Shown in pieces: positions 1-9,789 of a stretch of DNA of 61,972 nucleotides. The stretch lies in assembly GCA_964344605.1 (NCBI GenBank), contig CAYFNR010000004.1, positions 1 through 61,972 on the forward strand. The letters run 5' to 3'. Both the position numbers and the translations under genes were made by a program. Every line of letters starts with the position of its first letter. The stretch's first letter is position 1. Source of the stretch: Candidatus Woesearchaeota archaeon. Its GTDB lineage: Archaea; Nanobdellota; Nanobdellia; UBA10117; ARS21. The notes below the pieces were generated by a model that ran no database searches, was not told where the DNA came from, and saw only the letters and a program-made list of their open reading frames with translations.

Positions 1-1412
1 TTAAGATCTTTTGTGTTTGTTTTTTTGACAAAAGATAATACTCTCCCAATATCTTTATTTTTGACCGCTTTCTCCAGTTCTTGTTTACTCTCACTTGAAA
101 GGTATGTGGGAAACGTTTGAATAATTTTTTTTATTTGTGAAAGTCCAAGATATTTTCTGATGTACTCACTGCTACTTGAATACTTGTATGTCGTCATGAA
201 CTCACTATCAGTCTCATCTCTGAAATTTTCTAAAAGCAGATTGGCGTAATCCTTTAACAAAATCTGTTCTTCGTAGGACATAGGATCCATAAAAATTTGG
301 ATTGGGTGCGTTCGGTATTTGGCCCTTGATACTAATATGCCTTCAACTCCAAAAACTTTTTTAGTTTCATATAATCCGGCTCTGCCATTCATCTTTCCTG
401 TGTCAACAGTTCTAACAAATAGTATATTTGATTTTATTTTGTTGTGTAGGTTTTGGTTAACACTAACTTTCTTTTTCTCATATCCTGTACTTCCAAATTC
501 ATTTGCGTCTATGACTCTAACTTCAAACTTTCCTTTGTTTTGTTCAAGTTCTTCTGATTCTAAATAAAAATAAGTTTTGAGAGGTTTTACTGCTTTGTAT
601 CTATTTACGAACTCTTCAAAATTACCTCCTGCCCTATATTGATTTTTTGGATCCAGAACATATTCCTTACTTTGGATATTCTTGTTAATCTTGCTGCCTT
701 GAAAAGTCAGAATTTCTTCTTTAGAGTTAGATTTTTTAGTGAAGAAACAAACAACTACATTTGTTCCGGTGTGTTTGAAAATTTCTTTTTCAAAAATTAA
801 CGCGTTTTCGATTTTGTAGTTCCTTAGGAAATCTTTCCTTATTTTGTTTGAGACAGAAGATCCGAATAAGAAGTTAGAAGGTATTATGTAGATCATATTC
901 TGGATATTGTGACGTAGGTCGTTCATCATGCCTAATTGGTATAGGTCTTGATATCCTCTGTTAGGGCCTTCAAAGTAAGCCAAATATTTTTGTGTAGCCT
1001 TGTTCTTTACTATATATCCTATGTAAAGATAAGGTGGATTTGTTATATGATATACTGGCAATTCAGATTCGGTCAAATATTTTGGATAATCTCTGATAGT
1101 GTCCCTTTGTTTTATATTCCTTCTAGCGATTTCTTCTGGAATACCATAATCCATGGCTTTTTTGATTGAGGATTCAACTAGATTCTTTTGCACATCAAAA
1201 AGAAAAATGTGATTTTCGAAGAAATTGGTTTGGTCTTTTTTCGGAATTAGTTCTAAAATAGGAAGTATAAGATTGCCCTCACCTGCAAACAAATCTACCC
1301 ATCTATAATCCCAAAGTTTATCTTTTATTTCTGGAAGAATGAACTTTTTGAATATTTGTATTGGAGTCAGATGCTGACCATAAATTCTCCTTTTTTTATT
1401 TTCTGTTCCCAT
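1..1412 (-). CDS. N6-adenine DNA methyltransferase (Eco57I/TaqI-like, gamma-type motif order); 3' end runs off the window
   Basis: Hand translation from ATG 1412 (MGTENKKRRIYGQHLTP...) is open to position 1 with no stop, which explains its absence from the ORF track. Motif I DLFAGEG and motif IV ITNPPY are present. Confidence 0.85.
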   Translation of the reverse strand, partial: MGTENKKRRIYGQHLTPIQIFKKFILPEIKDKLWDYRWVDLFAGEGNLILPILELIPKKDQTNFFENHIFLFDVQKNLVESSIKKAMDYGIPEEIARRNIKQRDTIRDYPKYLTESELPVYHITNPPYLYIGYIVKNKATQKYLAYFEGPNRGYQDLYQLGMMNDLRHNIQNMIYIIPSNFLFGSSVSNKIRKDFLRNYKIENALIFEKEIFKHTGTNVVVCFFTKKSNSKEEILTFQGSKINKNIQSKEYVLDPKNQYRAGGNFEEFVNRYKAVKPLKTYFYLESEELEQNKGKFEVRVIDANEFGSTGYEKKKVSVNQNLHNKIKSNILFVRTVDTGKMNGRAGLYETKKVFGVEGILVSRAKYRTHPIQIFMDPMSYEEQILLKDYANLLLENFRDETDSEFMTTYKYSSSSEYIRKYLGLSQIKKIIQTFPTYLSSESKQELEKAVKNKDIGRVLSFVKKTNTKDL

Positions 1413-1521
1413 TCTCGTTGCTTCGGTGTGCTGTTAAAACATTAAAATATTGTCGGTGTTGAACAGAACCGGAGAACTAAGATTAGCAAGACTTTTAAAG
1501 TGAAATAGTCTTCATTAGTAC

Positions 1522-1824
1522 ATGGTTACAAAAACAAAATTCGAGGATAAGCTTGCAGTAATTAGAGTTAAAAAGCAGTATGCTGCACCCTATTTGAAAC
1601 ACAGATATTTGTACCTAAAGAGAAAAGATTTGCGTTCTGAAATGGCCTTTAAACAATCTGTTAATGCAGTTTCTATTAATTGGCCGCCTGATGTTTACAT
1701 GTTAAAACTGTCAACAGGAAAGGTATTTGCAAGATTTAGAATTTCTAATGGACAAGTAACTTTACTTTACAGAGTGTCACCAGCAACAGGTGAACAGTAT
1801 CCTATATGGGATTTCTTTGACTAA
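1522..1824 (+). CDS. hypothetical basic protein, 100 aa
   Basis: Fills the gap between MTase and rpl35ae, with TTTTAAA upstream; no recognisable motif. Confidence 0.6.
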   Translation: MVTKTKFEDKLAVIRVKKQYAAPYLKHRYLYLKRKDLRSEMAFKQSVNAVSINWPPDVYMLKLSTGKVFARFRISNGQVTLLYRVSPATGEQYPIWDFFD

Positions 1825-2081
1825 ATAATTTCAATCTTTCCACCAAGAGATTGTCCCGGTAGACCTTTGTCATCAAATCTAACTCTTACTGCACCTTTAC
1901 TTCCATGTGGTTTTGTAATTATGCCTTCAATCTTCTTTCCACTAGAAGATGTCCATACAGCCTTCTTGCCTTCAAATTTAGCAGCATCTCCTCTACTCTT
2001 AGATCCTTCAGGAATTAGAACCATATGCTTAGGTCTCTGAGTCTTGTGTGAGCCCCTGTATGCAGCTATTACGGCTTTCAT
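1821..2081 (-). CDS. rpl35ae: 50S ribosomal protein L35Ae (eL33)
   Basis: YRGSHKTQ, GKKIEGIITKPHGSKGAVRVRF, LPGQSLG signatures. Confidence 0.93.
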   Translation of the reverse strand: MKAVIAAYRGSHKTQRPKHMVLIPEGSKSRGDAAKFEGKKAVWTSSSGKKIEGIITKPHGSKGAVRVRFDDKGLPGQSLGGKIEII

Positions 2082-2123
2082 AAAAAATCTAAAGCCCTAA
2101 AGGGTTTAAAAACCTTTCTTAGA

Positions 2124-3965
2124 CTATCCAAGAACTAATCTAACATCGTTTGCAAGAATTTCTTTCAAGCTCTTAACTGTATCTTCTGTAATTTCTGTTG
2201 GTTTTCCAGCGAAAGTAGCGAGCTTCTTTTCAACCATTTTTAGGCTCCCTGTCTGCGGTTCCTGCAAAGAGCCTTTTTTGCTGAGTCTGTATTTTGTAAT
2301 CGGAGCTCCCGGCTTGCTTATATCATCCATAATGAATGCTTCATCTCCAAACATCCACAGATTAGCAGTCTTTTTTCCTCCAGCGTAGTTCGCAACTATT
2401 TTGAATTTCTCAGAACCTTTTCCTTTCTCTGCATTAATCCTATCAAATACTTCTTTGCTTAGTCTTTCTTCTTCGAATTCCAAACTGGCAACTTCTTGCC
2501 TAGTTGTTTCCAGAGATGCGTTTATCTTTATGACTTTCTCAATTAAAGACAAGTACCCTCTAGAAGCTAATTTCCTACCAACCAACTCTTGTTTGACTGC
2601 AGCTACGATGTTCTTCTTGTTGGCCTTGCTGCCAATCATTTTCAATGCGGCTTGTGCGTTGTCCGCAGTCTTTTCGTACAGTTCTTGTGCAGCTTCTTTG
2701 ACTTTGCTTTTCTCCAATTTGTCAAACAACTTTTCTAGTCTGTCCAAATATTCTTTTGCTTTTTTGCTGTAATCTAAAACTAGTTGTGGAGCTACTTTCT
2801 TTATCTTCCTATGTTCTATATCTTTTCTAAGCTTGAATAAGTCATCCCAGATTTTAGCATATTTTTCTTCTAAAAGTCCTGGCTTGACTAAATGTTCTCT
2901 TATCTTTGAGCTGATTTCTTTTGGAGCAACCGGTGGAACTCCCAAGAGCATAAGCAAACCTTGCGAAGGTGTAATTGTTGCCCAATGCAAGTCTTCCATA
3001 GCTATGCTTCTTAATTTCATCTCAACTTTGTCCAATGCCATTCTCCCACTTTTTAGATAATTGTCAACTGCTTCTGGGGTAGGGGAAACTCTTCCTTTCT
3101 TTAGCAACAATCTCCAAGGAGTAAACATTCCTCTGTCATATAGTGGAACTCCATCCCTTAAGAAAGTGAAAACAACAGGGTTTGCATTTTTTATGGAATT
3201 CCAAACGTCTGTTAGCACATGAACTTGAATGTGAACTTTGTTTCTTATTCCTAATTTGCTTTCTATATCAAAAGCCATTGTGTTAATCATACCTCTTAAT
3301 CTAGTTATAAGCTCAGAAGCAGTCATTCTTGTGACGTCTGTGTCGTCAATGATTATGTAAGCATCCAAATCAGATTCGGGACCAACATCTCCTCTTACTA
3401 ATGAACCCACTACAACATAGGAAACAACATACTTATCCAACTTAGCAACAACTTGTTTTTTGTGTAGCTCTACAGCTTTAAGAGCAGTAAGCCACCCACT
3501 GTCCTGTACGATTTTTCCAACAGCAATGAGTCTGAGAACTTCGTGGTGTCCTTTCATACAGGCAGCCCATATCTCACCTAGGAGTATTGGATTAACTTTG
3601 ATACCAGGTAAGGAAGTTTTCCCTTTATCTATTATATCTTTAAAAATAGGAATTGCATTTTTAACTTGCTCAGAAAGATTCTTCCCTTTCTTAACATCCA
3701 ATACAACAAGAAGTTCTGGAGTTAATTTGGGTTTTTCTTTGGGATCTCTAGGTGGCTTTGGTGGAACAATTACCACTCCTAAAAGTTCTTTTTTGTATTT
3801 TTTAGCGATATCTTGAACAAATTTTTTGGAATCTTTTTCAGTTTTATCAAACAAATCTTTTAGCTCTTTAGCAATCTTCTGCTGCATGGCTAAGAATTTT
3901 TCACGGTTCCCTGTCGGAATCATATCTTTGTTAGAAATTTCAGGGCCTTTTGTTTCTTTTACCAT
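2124..3965 (-). CDS. nucleotidyltransferase (Pol-beta/MNT) + HEPN-like fusion, 613 aa
   Basis: GSLVRGDVGPESDLDAYIIIDD NTase motif; downstream helical domain with RKDIEH (Rx4H); possible degenerate N-terminal NTase domain. Confidence 0.8.
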   Translation of the reverse strand: MVKETKGPEISNKDMIPTGNREKFLAMQQKIAKELKDLFDKTEKDSKKFVQDIAKKYKKELLGVVIVPPKPPRDPKEKPKLTPELLVVLDVKKGKNLSEQVKNAIPIFKDIIDKGKTSLPGIKVNPILLGEIWAACMKGHHEVLRLIAVGKIVQDSGWLTALKAVELHKKQVVAKLDKYVVSYVVVGSLVRGDVGPESDLDAYIIIDDTDVTRMTASELITRLRGMINTMAFDIESKLGIRNKVHIQVHVLTDVWNSIKNANPVVFTFLRDGVPLYDRGMFTPWRLLLKKGRVSPTPEAVDNYLKSGRMALDKVEMKLRSIAMEDLHWATITPSQGLLMLLGVPPVAPKEISSKIREHLVKPGLLEEKYAKIWDDLFKLRKDIEHRKIKKVAPQLVLDYSKKAKEYLDRLEKLFDKLEKSKVKEAAQELYEKTADNAQAALKMIGSKANKKNIVAAVKQELVGRKLASRGYLSLIEKVIKINASLETTRQEVASLEFEEERLSKEVFDRINAEKGKGSEKFKIVANYAGGKKTANLWMFGDEAFIMDDISKPGAPITKYRLSKKGSLQEPQTGSLKMVEKKLATFAGKPTEITEDTVKSLKEILANDVRLVLG

Positions 3966-4002
3966 ACACTCGCTTGATTTGTCCTCCTTTTAAAGGTATC
4001 TA

Positions 4003-4815
4003 TTATTTAATCTTGCGGCTTTCGATGAACTTTCTCATCTCTCCAACAAACTCATTTGAGAGCTTTTTGTATCTGTCATAGGCCTTTCCATCGAATCCTG
4101 AAGCTTCCCGGTGTAAAATCTTTTTAGAAACATCGTACAAATGGCGCATTATATCGGCCTGCCTCTTGCTGACATATTTGGGTTTTACCATTTTTTTCTC
4201 AATCATATTAGATACATGTGATGGACTTACAGGAATTTCACCTAGAGTCATCAACGCAGCGTGCGCAGCGTCGATTGCAGCCCAATATAGATCTACAATA
4301 GCCATATCTACATGTGTTTTGGAACGGCTTAAGCTTGCTGGGGCCATTGCATAATAAGTCCATATTGCTTCGGCGGTTGGCCTAATTCTTCCGGCTGACA
4401 AAAGTATTTGTAGTGGGTCAAAGAATCCTGTGTCTATTAAAGCCACGCTGTCTCGTAAAATATTTATTGCAACAGGATCACCTGAACGCACATACTCCCA
4501 AAAAGCAGACCATTCCATTGTCTGGACGTGTAGCCTTTTAGGATCTACGTCTGCGACGGCTTTGGCAATTATTATTCTGTAAGTTTCGACAATATCTTTG
4601 TTAAGTTGCACATGTATATCATCAATAATAATTAATATATCTATGTCGCCGTGCTTTTTCCTCTCGCCACGGGCGGAGGATCCAAAAAGAGTTAGGGCAA
4701 CAACAAAATCACCAAGTTCGCGATAGACTTTCTTTGCAAACTTTCGAGCAATCCTTAATTCTTCAGCAGGATACTTTTTGCGAGCTTGACCTCTCCTTTT
4801 GAGTGGAAACTTCAT
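4003..4815 (-). CDS. nucleotidyltransferase (MNT) + degenerate HEPN-like fusion, 270 aa
   Basis: FGSSARGERKKHGDIDILIIIDD motif; C-terminal half is paralogous to the 613 aa neighbour. Confidence 0.8.
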   Translation of the reverse strand: MKFPLKRRGQARKKYPAEELRIARKFAKKVYRELGDFVVALTLFGSSARGERKKHGDIDILIIIDDIHVQLNKDIVETYRIIIAKAVADVDPKRLHVQTMEWSAFWEYVRSGDPVAINILRDSVALIDTGFFDPLQILLSAGRIRPTAEAIWTYYAMAPASLSRSKTHVDMAIVDLYWAAIDAAHAALMTLGEIPVSPSHVSNMIEKKMVKPKYVSKRQADIMRHLYDVSKKILHREASGFDGKAYDRYKKLSNEFVGEMRKFIESRKIK

Positions 4816-4871
4816 ACGTAAATTAAGCAGTAGTAGTTTTTAATATTGCGTAACTACTCAATGTTAGAAAA

Positions 4872-6620
4872 TTATTCAAGAGGAATCTCTGACCACGTGA
4901 GCGACTGTTTCTCGCCCCCAACAGGCAAATAGCTTTGAATTACATAATTAGGTGAGAATGTCCTTCCGAAGTAACCGTGCTCTATGTCTGTCCAAGATCT
5001 GCTAGTGTGGTCTATTTTGTACATCGGACTTTCCAAAGATCTCCAGGCACCTAACAATGCCCGGTAATCATTGTGAGCAGGCTCCGCTATCATGGTTCCT
5101 TTATACCCTGATTTTTCCATCTTTTCTAGGAAATCCTTTGCTGGAGCAGTGCCTTCTCCCAAAGTACCATGTTCATCTTCATATCCAAAGTTGTCTGACA
5201 TGTGTACGTGCCCAATTACGCCTGCTTTGTTCATGTCATCAACCTTTCCCATAAGCCACTTTTTGAATCTTTTATCGTGTTTTTCCATTGTTTCTCCCGG
5301 TTTCATTTTAAAATGCTTTTTCCAAGTATTCGCGTGCCCAATGTCAAAAGTGGCTCTGATATGCTTGGAAGCCATATCCTCAGCTCGCCCTCTAGACATG
5401 TTTTTGTCCTTTACGAGCTTGTCAGCCATTTTTTTTCTGGACTCTGTGATGATATCCTTCAACTCATCTGGATGCGAACCGTAACCAGTTTCCGCCCATA
5501 TGTTTTCAGGCGCAATAAAAATGGGATTCTTGAGCTTTCTTTCTTTGGTTGTGTTCATTGCGTCAATACCTAACTTAGCTAAGGAGTCAAAGCTCCTTTG
5601 CTTTGCGTAATCTGCGAGAGGTACTGTGCGTTCAAGCTGTTGATTTATATTCTCAACTCTCTGCATGTGGGATGAAGCAACTCCACGATGATATTCCATA
5701 CTGTGGATTTGTTGGTCCCGCATTTTTTTCAGCTCTTCAATTTTCCCAAGGTCTTTTTCTTCCGCCAGATATTTTGTAATAACCTCTATTTTCTCCTTTG
5801 CTTCGTTGAGTGCGTGGCTGTGTTGTCTGGTCCAAGCTAAATCATCTTCTTTCCTTTCATCTAAGGTTGCTTTATACATTAGATAAGCAGGATCAGATTC
5901 ACCACCTTTAATCCCTGCTAAACGGTTTTTATTTGCTTGAGACTCAAAATCGGAGAATTTCATTTCTCGCATTTTTGGTTGTAGCAAACCTTCTTTAGTC
6001 CTGACCAATTCAATTGAGCCATCTGGTTTTTTCATAGGTACTTTGACTACGTGGTCTCTCCTTAGCCCTCCAATCATTTCACCAGTATGTTGGTCAACTA
6101 GATACAGTACTGCTTTCTTTTCTTCTTCAGGATAGTATTCTAATTTGCCTTTATCTCCAGGAATCTCTGTAAGTGGCCTAGGGAATTCTCCCACATGCAT
6201 AACAACTGCTCCACCTTCTGTTGTGTCGGCCGCAAAGTCTATAGCTCTCCTGACTTCGTCCATGTTTTTCTTACGCTCGTGGTCATCAAAGCCACGACCT
6301 GTGAATCCGGCAAACCCTGTAATTGCTGGACTTGCATGAACGGAAAGATTGACTTTGTTGACTTTTGCAAGCTCCTTCATTGCTTGCCTTTCATCTTTTC
6401 CATACATTCCGGGTGTGGTATTTCCTTGCTGCATTGAGCCCTTACCTCTACCCATAAACCCGAGCTCTACATTCTGAGCTCCAAGCATAATTCTTCCTTT
6501 TAGACCTTGAAGTTGGTCTTTGGCAGGATGGGTAGGAATACCCATTTTAGAAGGAGGTACATTTATATTCCTCTCAGATTGTTTATCTAAAGAATGCCAA
6601 TACCCTGTTTTGAACTCCAT
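4872..6620 (-). CDS. xylose isomerase/AP-endonuclease-2-like metal TIM-barrel protein with a large helical insertion
   Basis: Metal-ligand pattern SVHA, VMHVGE, APENI, TFDIGHAN, HVHMSDN, DEH..LGEG, IAEP. Confidence 0.75.
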   Translation of the reverse strand: MEFKTGYWHSLDKQSERNINVPPSKMGIPTHPAKDQLQGLKGRIMLGAQNVELGFMGRGKGSMQQGNTTPGMYGKDERQAMKELAKVNKVNLSVHASPAITGFAGFTGRGFDDHERKKNMDEVRRAIDFAADTTEGGAVVMHVGEFPRPLTEIPGDKGKLEYYPEEEKKAVLYLVDQHTGEMIGGLRRDHVVKVPMKKPDGSIELVRTKEGLLQPKMREMKFSDFESQANKNRLAGIKGGESDPAYLMYKATLDERKEDDLAWTRQHSHALNEAKEKIEVITKYLAEEKDLGKIEELKKMRDQQIHSMEYHRGVASSHMQRVENINQQLERTVPLADYAKQRSFDSLAKLGIDAMNTTKERKLKNPIFIAPENIWAETGYGSHPDELKDIITESRKKMADKLVKDKNMSRGRAEDMASKHIRATFDIGHANTWKKHFKMKPGETMEKHDKRFKKWLMGKVDDMNKAGVIGHVHMSDNFGYEDEHGTLGEGTAPAKDFLEKMEKSGYKGTMIAEPAHNDYRALLGAWRSLESPMYKIDHTSRSWTDIEHGYFGRTFSPNYVIQSYLPVGGEKQSLTWSEIPLE

Positions 6621-6652
6621 TTTCTACAAAAATAAGAAGGCAACGGCTCTTT

Positions 6653-7144
6653 TTAAGCTTGTTTATCTTTATTCTGTGAGGTATATTTCCTATTTTCTGG
6701 AAGAAAACTTTCTCTAACATCTTCTACCGTTTTAGCACTACGGGTCTCTTCACTAACTTTTTCAAAAGATGAGTCATAACCTTCTGAAAAATAGCCTGCT
6801 CCTTTAGGCCCCGATTCTGTTTGGTAAGTCACTTCGTCATTTTCTTTTTGGGTCTTTGGAACTGGAACATTGGCGACGAGGTCCTCAAGTTCCCCACTCC
6901 TTCTTGAACTTTCATCGGTTATCTTCCGCAGTCGTTTACCTATTGAAAGCCCTCCACTGGATTCTCTGGTCGGAGCCATATTTTGAATTTCTAAAACTGC
7001 TTTCTCAGTAAGGTCTTTGATTTCCTTTATTATACTTTTATCAGCTGTCTGAACCAGCAAAACCTTGAGCTCTTTCAATCTTCTTTCTGGTGGAAGTTCA
7101 GCTAGTTTTTTCTTAATCTTGTTCCAATCTGTACGAGATAACAT
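6653..7144 (-). CDS. hypothetical charged protein, 163 aa
   Basis: ORF in a tightly packed minus-strand run. Confidence 0.75.
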   Translation of the reverse strand: MLSRTDWNKIKKKLAELPPERRLKELKVLLVQTADKSIIKEIKDLTEKAVLEIQNMAPTRESSGGLSIGKRLRKITDESSRRSGELEDLVANVPVPKTQKENDEVTYQTESGPKGAGYFSEGYDSSFEKVSEETRSAKTVEDVRESFLPENRKYTSQNKDKQA

Positions 7145-7153
7145 GTTGTAAAA

Positions 7154-8476
7154 TTACCACTGGACCATCTGGTGCGCTTTCTTGAAAATTTCATAGACGA
7201 TCTTACAATCGCCACTTGACTTTGCTTTTGCAGATTCTCGCTCTTGCTTTTCGCTCCAAGTTTCTTTGGTTCTTCCTTTTGAGCCTATACCTTTTTTAAG
7301 AGCAAAAAGTTGTCCGAATCCAGCAAAGGCTTCTAGCATATTTGCCCTAGATTTCTTTTCTTCAGCTTCCTCTTCTTCACCAATAAGCTCTCCGGCCTCC
7401 TTTAGATATTTATCCAAATCATCTTTTATGGCATCTATAGAGGCATTAACGGACGACAAAAGTTCCATATCTTCTTTATCTTTTGCTTCCCTGTATTTTT
7501 CCAAGTCCTCTTTCGTGGCAGTATATGCATAAAATTTCATTGTTGCCCTACCTAGATGTAATGGTCCTTTTTGATATTCTTGTTGATACATCAGGGCTGG
7601 ACGCGTTCTCCAATGGATCTTGACTTGGACTACAGGAAAATACTTTTTGTATTTGTAGGTAAGTTCTTCTCCAATATTTGGTTCATGCAATTTTTTCACT
7701 GCAAGAATTTCTAGATCTATAACAGCTCCTTCGGAAGAAGTTAGAAGGTCTGTTGAGTTTATAGTCTCTCCTTGCTGTAACTTCCTAATATTTCTCAAAT
7801 AAGGTTTGACCCATCCTATATACAACTTTACGACATTGAAATGTTGTCTCAAATATTTAAGAGTAAAATTGCGTCTAGTTGATATTTCTTTCTCAGTTTG
7901 CTCTTTCCATTCCATATATTGGTAAAGCTTTCTTTTCAAGATTCTCTTGACAGAATCGTTGACGCCATCTATCTTATCTACAGCTGCGTCTACATCTTTT
8001 GAGGTTTTGGGTGTGATGTCAAAGAACAAGTCTGGAAGTGTTACAAATCCTACTTGTGCAGCCATCCCAAAAACCGAACGTGGATTCTGTGCCCCACCCT
8101 CAACAAGATCTGTCCAAAGAGATTTCAGTGCGACCTCAGCTCCCTTGTCTCCAGCATTGCTCTTTTGGTAGTACTCCCATCTCTCATCCATTATCCTTAA
8201 ATCTCTTAGAATCTGCTGCATGCTTTTAATCATTCCACCAATTGTTCCTAAATATTGTGAGGCTTTATCCTGCTGTAGGCCTTTTCTTTGTTCAAGGTTG
8301 GCCCACCAAGAAGAGGTTTCAGATGAGGCATATTCATCCTCTATCTTTTCAACGTCGTATCCAAGATTATCTTTAAGAAATTCGACAATCCAAAAATAGT
8401 ACTTTTCTACACTGTCTTTGTAGTTTTCGTATTCTAATTCATATCCACCTCCACTTTTTTTGCCTGGATTATCCAT
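7154..8476 (-). CDS. conserved hypothetical helical protein, 440 aa
   Basis: Long ORF heading the minus-strand cluster; divergent AT-rich promoter region at 8480-8565. Confidence 0.85.
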   Translation of the reverse strand: MDNPGKKSGGGYELEYENYKDSVEKYYFWIVEFLKDNLGYDVEKIEDEYASSETSSWWANLEQRKGLQQDKASQYLGTIGGMIKSMQQILRDLRIMDERWEYYQKSNAGDKGAEVALKSLWTDLVEGGAQNPRSVFGMAAQVGFVTLPDLFFDITPKTSKDVDAAVDKIDGVNDSVKRILKRKLYQYMEWKEQTEKEISTRRNFTLKYLRQHFNVVKLYIGWVKPYLRNIRKLQQGETINSTDLLTSSEGAVIDLEILAVKKLHEPNIGEELTYKYKKYFPVVQVKIHWRTRPALMYQQEYQKGPLHLGRATMKFYAYTATKEDLEKYREAKDKEDMELLSSVNASIDAIKDDLDKYLKEAGELIGEEEEAEEKKSRANMLEAFAGFGQLFALKKGIGSKGRTKETWSEKQERESAKAKSSGDCKIVYEIFKKAHQMVQW

Positions 8477-8567
8477 AGAGATATATAGTGTAGTTTATAT
8501 TAATAGTTTTCTTACGGCTTTTGAAAAGCAAATTATTTAAGTAATTAACTTGCTCTTATAACACTAA

Positions 8568-8969
8568 ATGGTAAGGCTTTTTGGAAAGAAAATTGGCAAG
8601 GATAAAGATTATGTTGAGCCAAGTAGAGGCTTGGGTGGTGCTGGCGTTCCTGGTCCAGCAGCCGATGATATTGGTGCTCCAGGGGGAGATTTTCCAGCGA
8701 TACCTTCACCAATCCCTGCAGCAGCCCCGTCAAACGAGCACATGCAGACAATTTCAAGGAATATAGATTTACTATCAAGCAAATTAGACACACTTAAAGC
8801 ATCTTTAGATGCACTAAATCAAAGACTGGCAAATATAGAGGCAAGTTTGAAACAACCTGCACAACCAACCCGGGAACAATCTCAACAGCAACAGACGTCA
8901 CCTTATTTCCCAACAGCAAGTGCCGAGCAACAGCCCAGTAGCACAGAAGAAACTGGCTGGCACTATTGA
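8568..8969 (+). CDS. hypothetical Pro/Gly/Gln-rich protein with a central coiled coil
   Basis: Low-complexity ends flank the heptad segment IDLLSSKLDTLKASLDALNQRLANIE. Confidence 0.75.
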   Translation: MVRLFGKKIGKDKDYVEPSRGLGGAGVPGPAADDIGAPGGDFPAIPSPIPAAAPSNEHMQTISRNIDLLSSKLDTLKASLDALNQRLANIEASLKQPAQPTREQSQQQQTSPYFPTASAEQQPSSTEETGWHY

Positions 8970-8979
8970 TTGAGTATAA

Positions 8980-9789
8980 ATGGCATTTTCAGAATTATTG
9001 AGTAATTATTTTTTGCGACCAATAATCTCCGAGCAAAGTTATAATTATATCAATACAATAGCATACGCATTAGTTACATTTGCTTCACTTTTTTTGCTTA
9101 GCAAACTTTTCAAGAGAAATAGTACGAAGATTGATTTGAGATTTTTTCTTTCTTTGATACCTTTAATAATTTTAGGGTCATTTGCCCGATCTCTTGTCGA
9201 TGCTGGCGAAATTCAACGTGGATTTTGGTTAGTTGCTCCGGGAATTTATTTGTTGGTTGCTTTGGTATTTTTTGTTTCTTATCTTTTTGCAACTTGGTTG
9301 GAAAAATCCAGTAATATTGAAACTTGGAAAACTATTCTCATTTTTGGGTCCCTGCCCCTTTTGATGTTTGTAGTATACTCTTTGCCTTTGCAATTGAGTA
9401 ATCTAGCACAAGCTACAGTTATTTTGTTAATTTTTGTTTTACTGACTTTTATGAGTTACTTTTTACTCAAAACACTTGGATGGTTGTGGGCCATAACTCC
9501 TTTGAATTTTACAGCAATTGCTGCACAATTGTTTGATGCAACCAACACAGCTTTTTTGGTAGAGTTTTTCGGGGCCGTTGAGAAACATCCTTTACCTAGA
9601 ACCGTGATAGATTTCTTTGGATCGGGATTCGCATTTTATCCATTGAAAATAATTGTTATACTCTTTGCAATATATATCCTAACAAAAGATGTTAAAGACA
9701 AGTATTTTAAAAATACACTTGTGGCTGCGATAGCAGTTCTTGGTTTGGCCCAAGGGATGAGAAATATTTTGACTTTTATATTAATTTAA
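8980..9789 (+). CDS. DUF63-family archaeal membrane protein
   Basis: YNYINTIAYA, PGIY, QLFDATNT, EKHPLPR, FYPLK pattern; multiple TM segments. Confidence 0.8.
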   Translation: MAFSELLSNYFLRPIISEQSYNYINTIAYALVTFASLFLLSKLFKRNSTKIDLRFFLSLIPLIILGSFARSLVDAGEIQRGFWLVAPGIYLLVALVFFVSYLFATWLEKSSNIETWKTILIFGSLPLLMFVVYSLPLQLSNLAQATVILLIFVLLTFMSYFLLKTLGWLWAITPLNFTAIAAQLFDATNTAFLVEFFGAVEKHPLPRTVIDFFGSGFAFYPLKIIVILFAIYILTKDVKDKYFKNTLVAAIAVLGLAQGMRNILTFILI

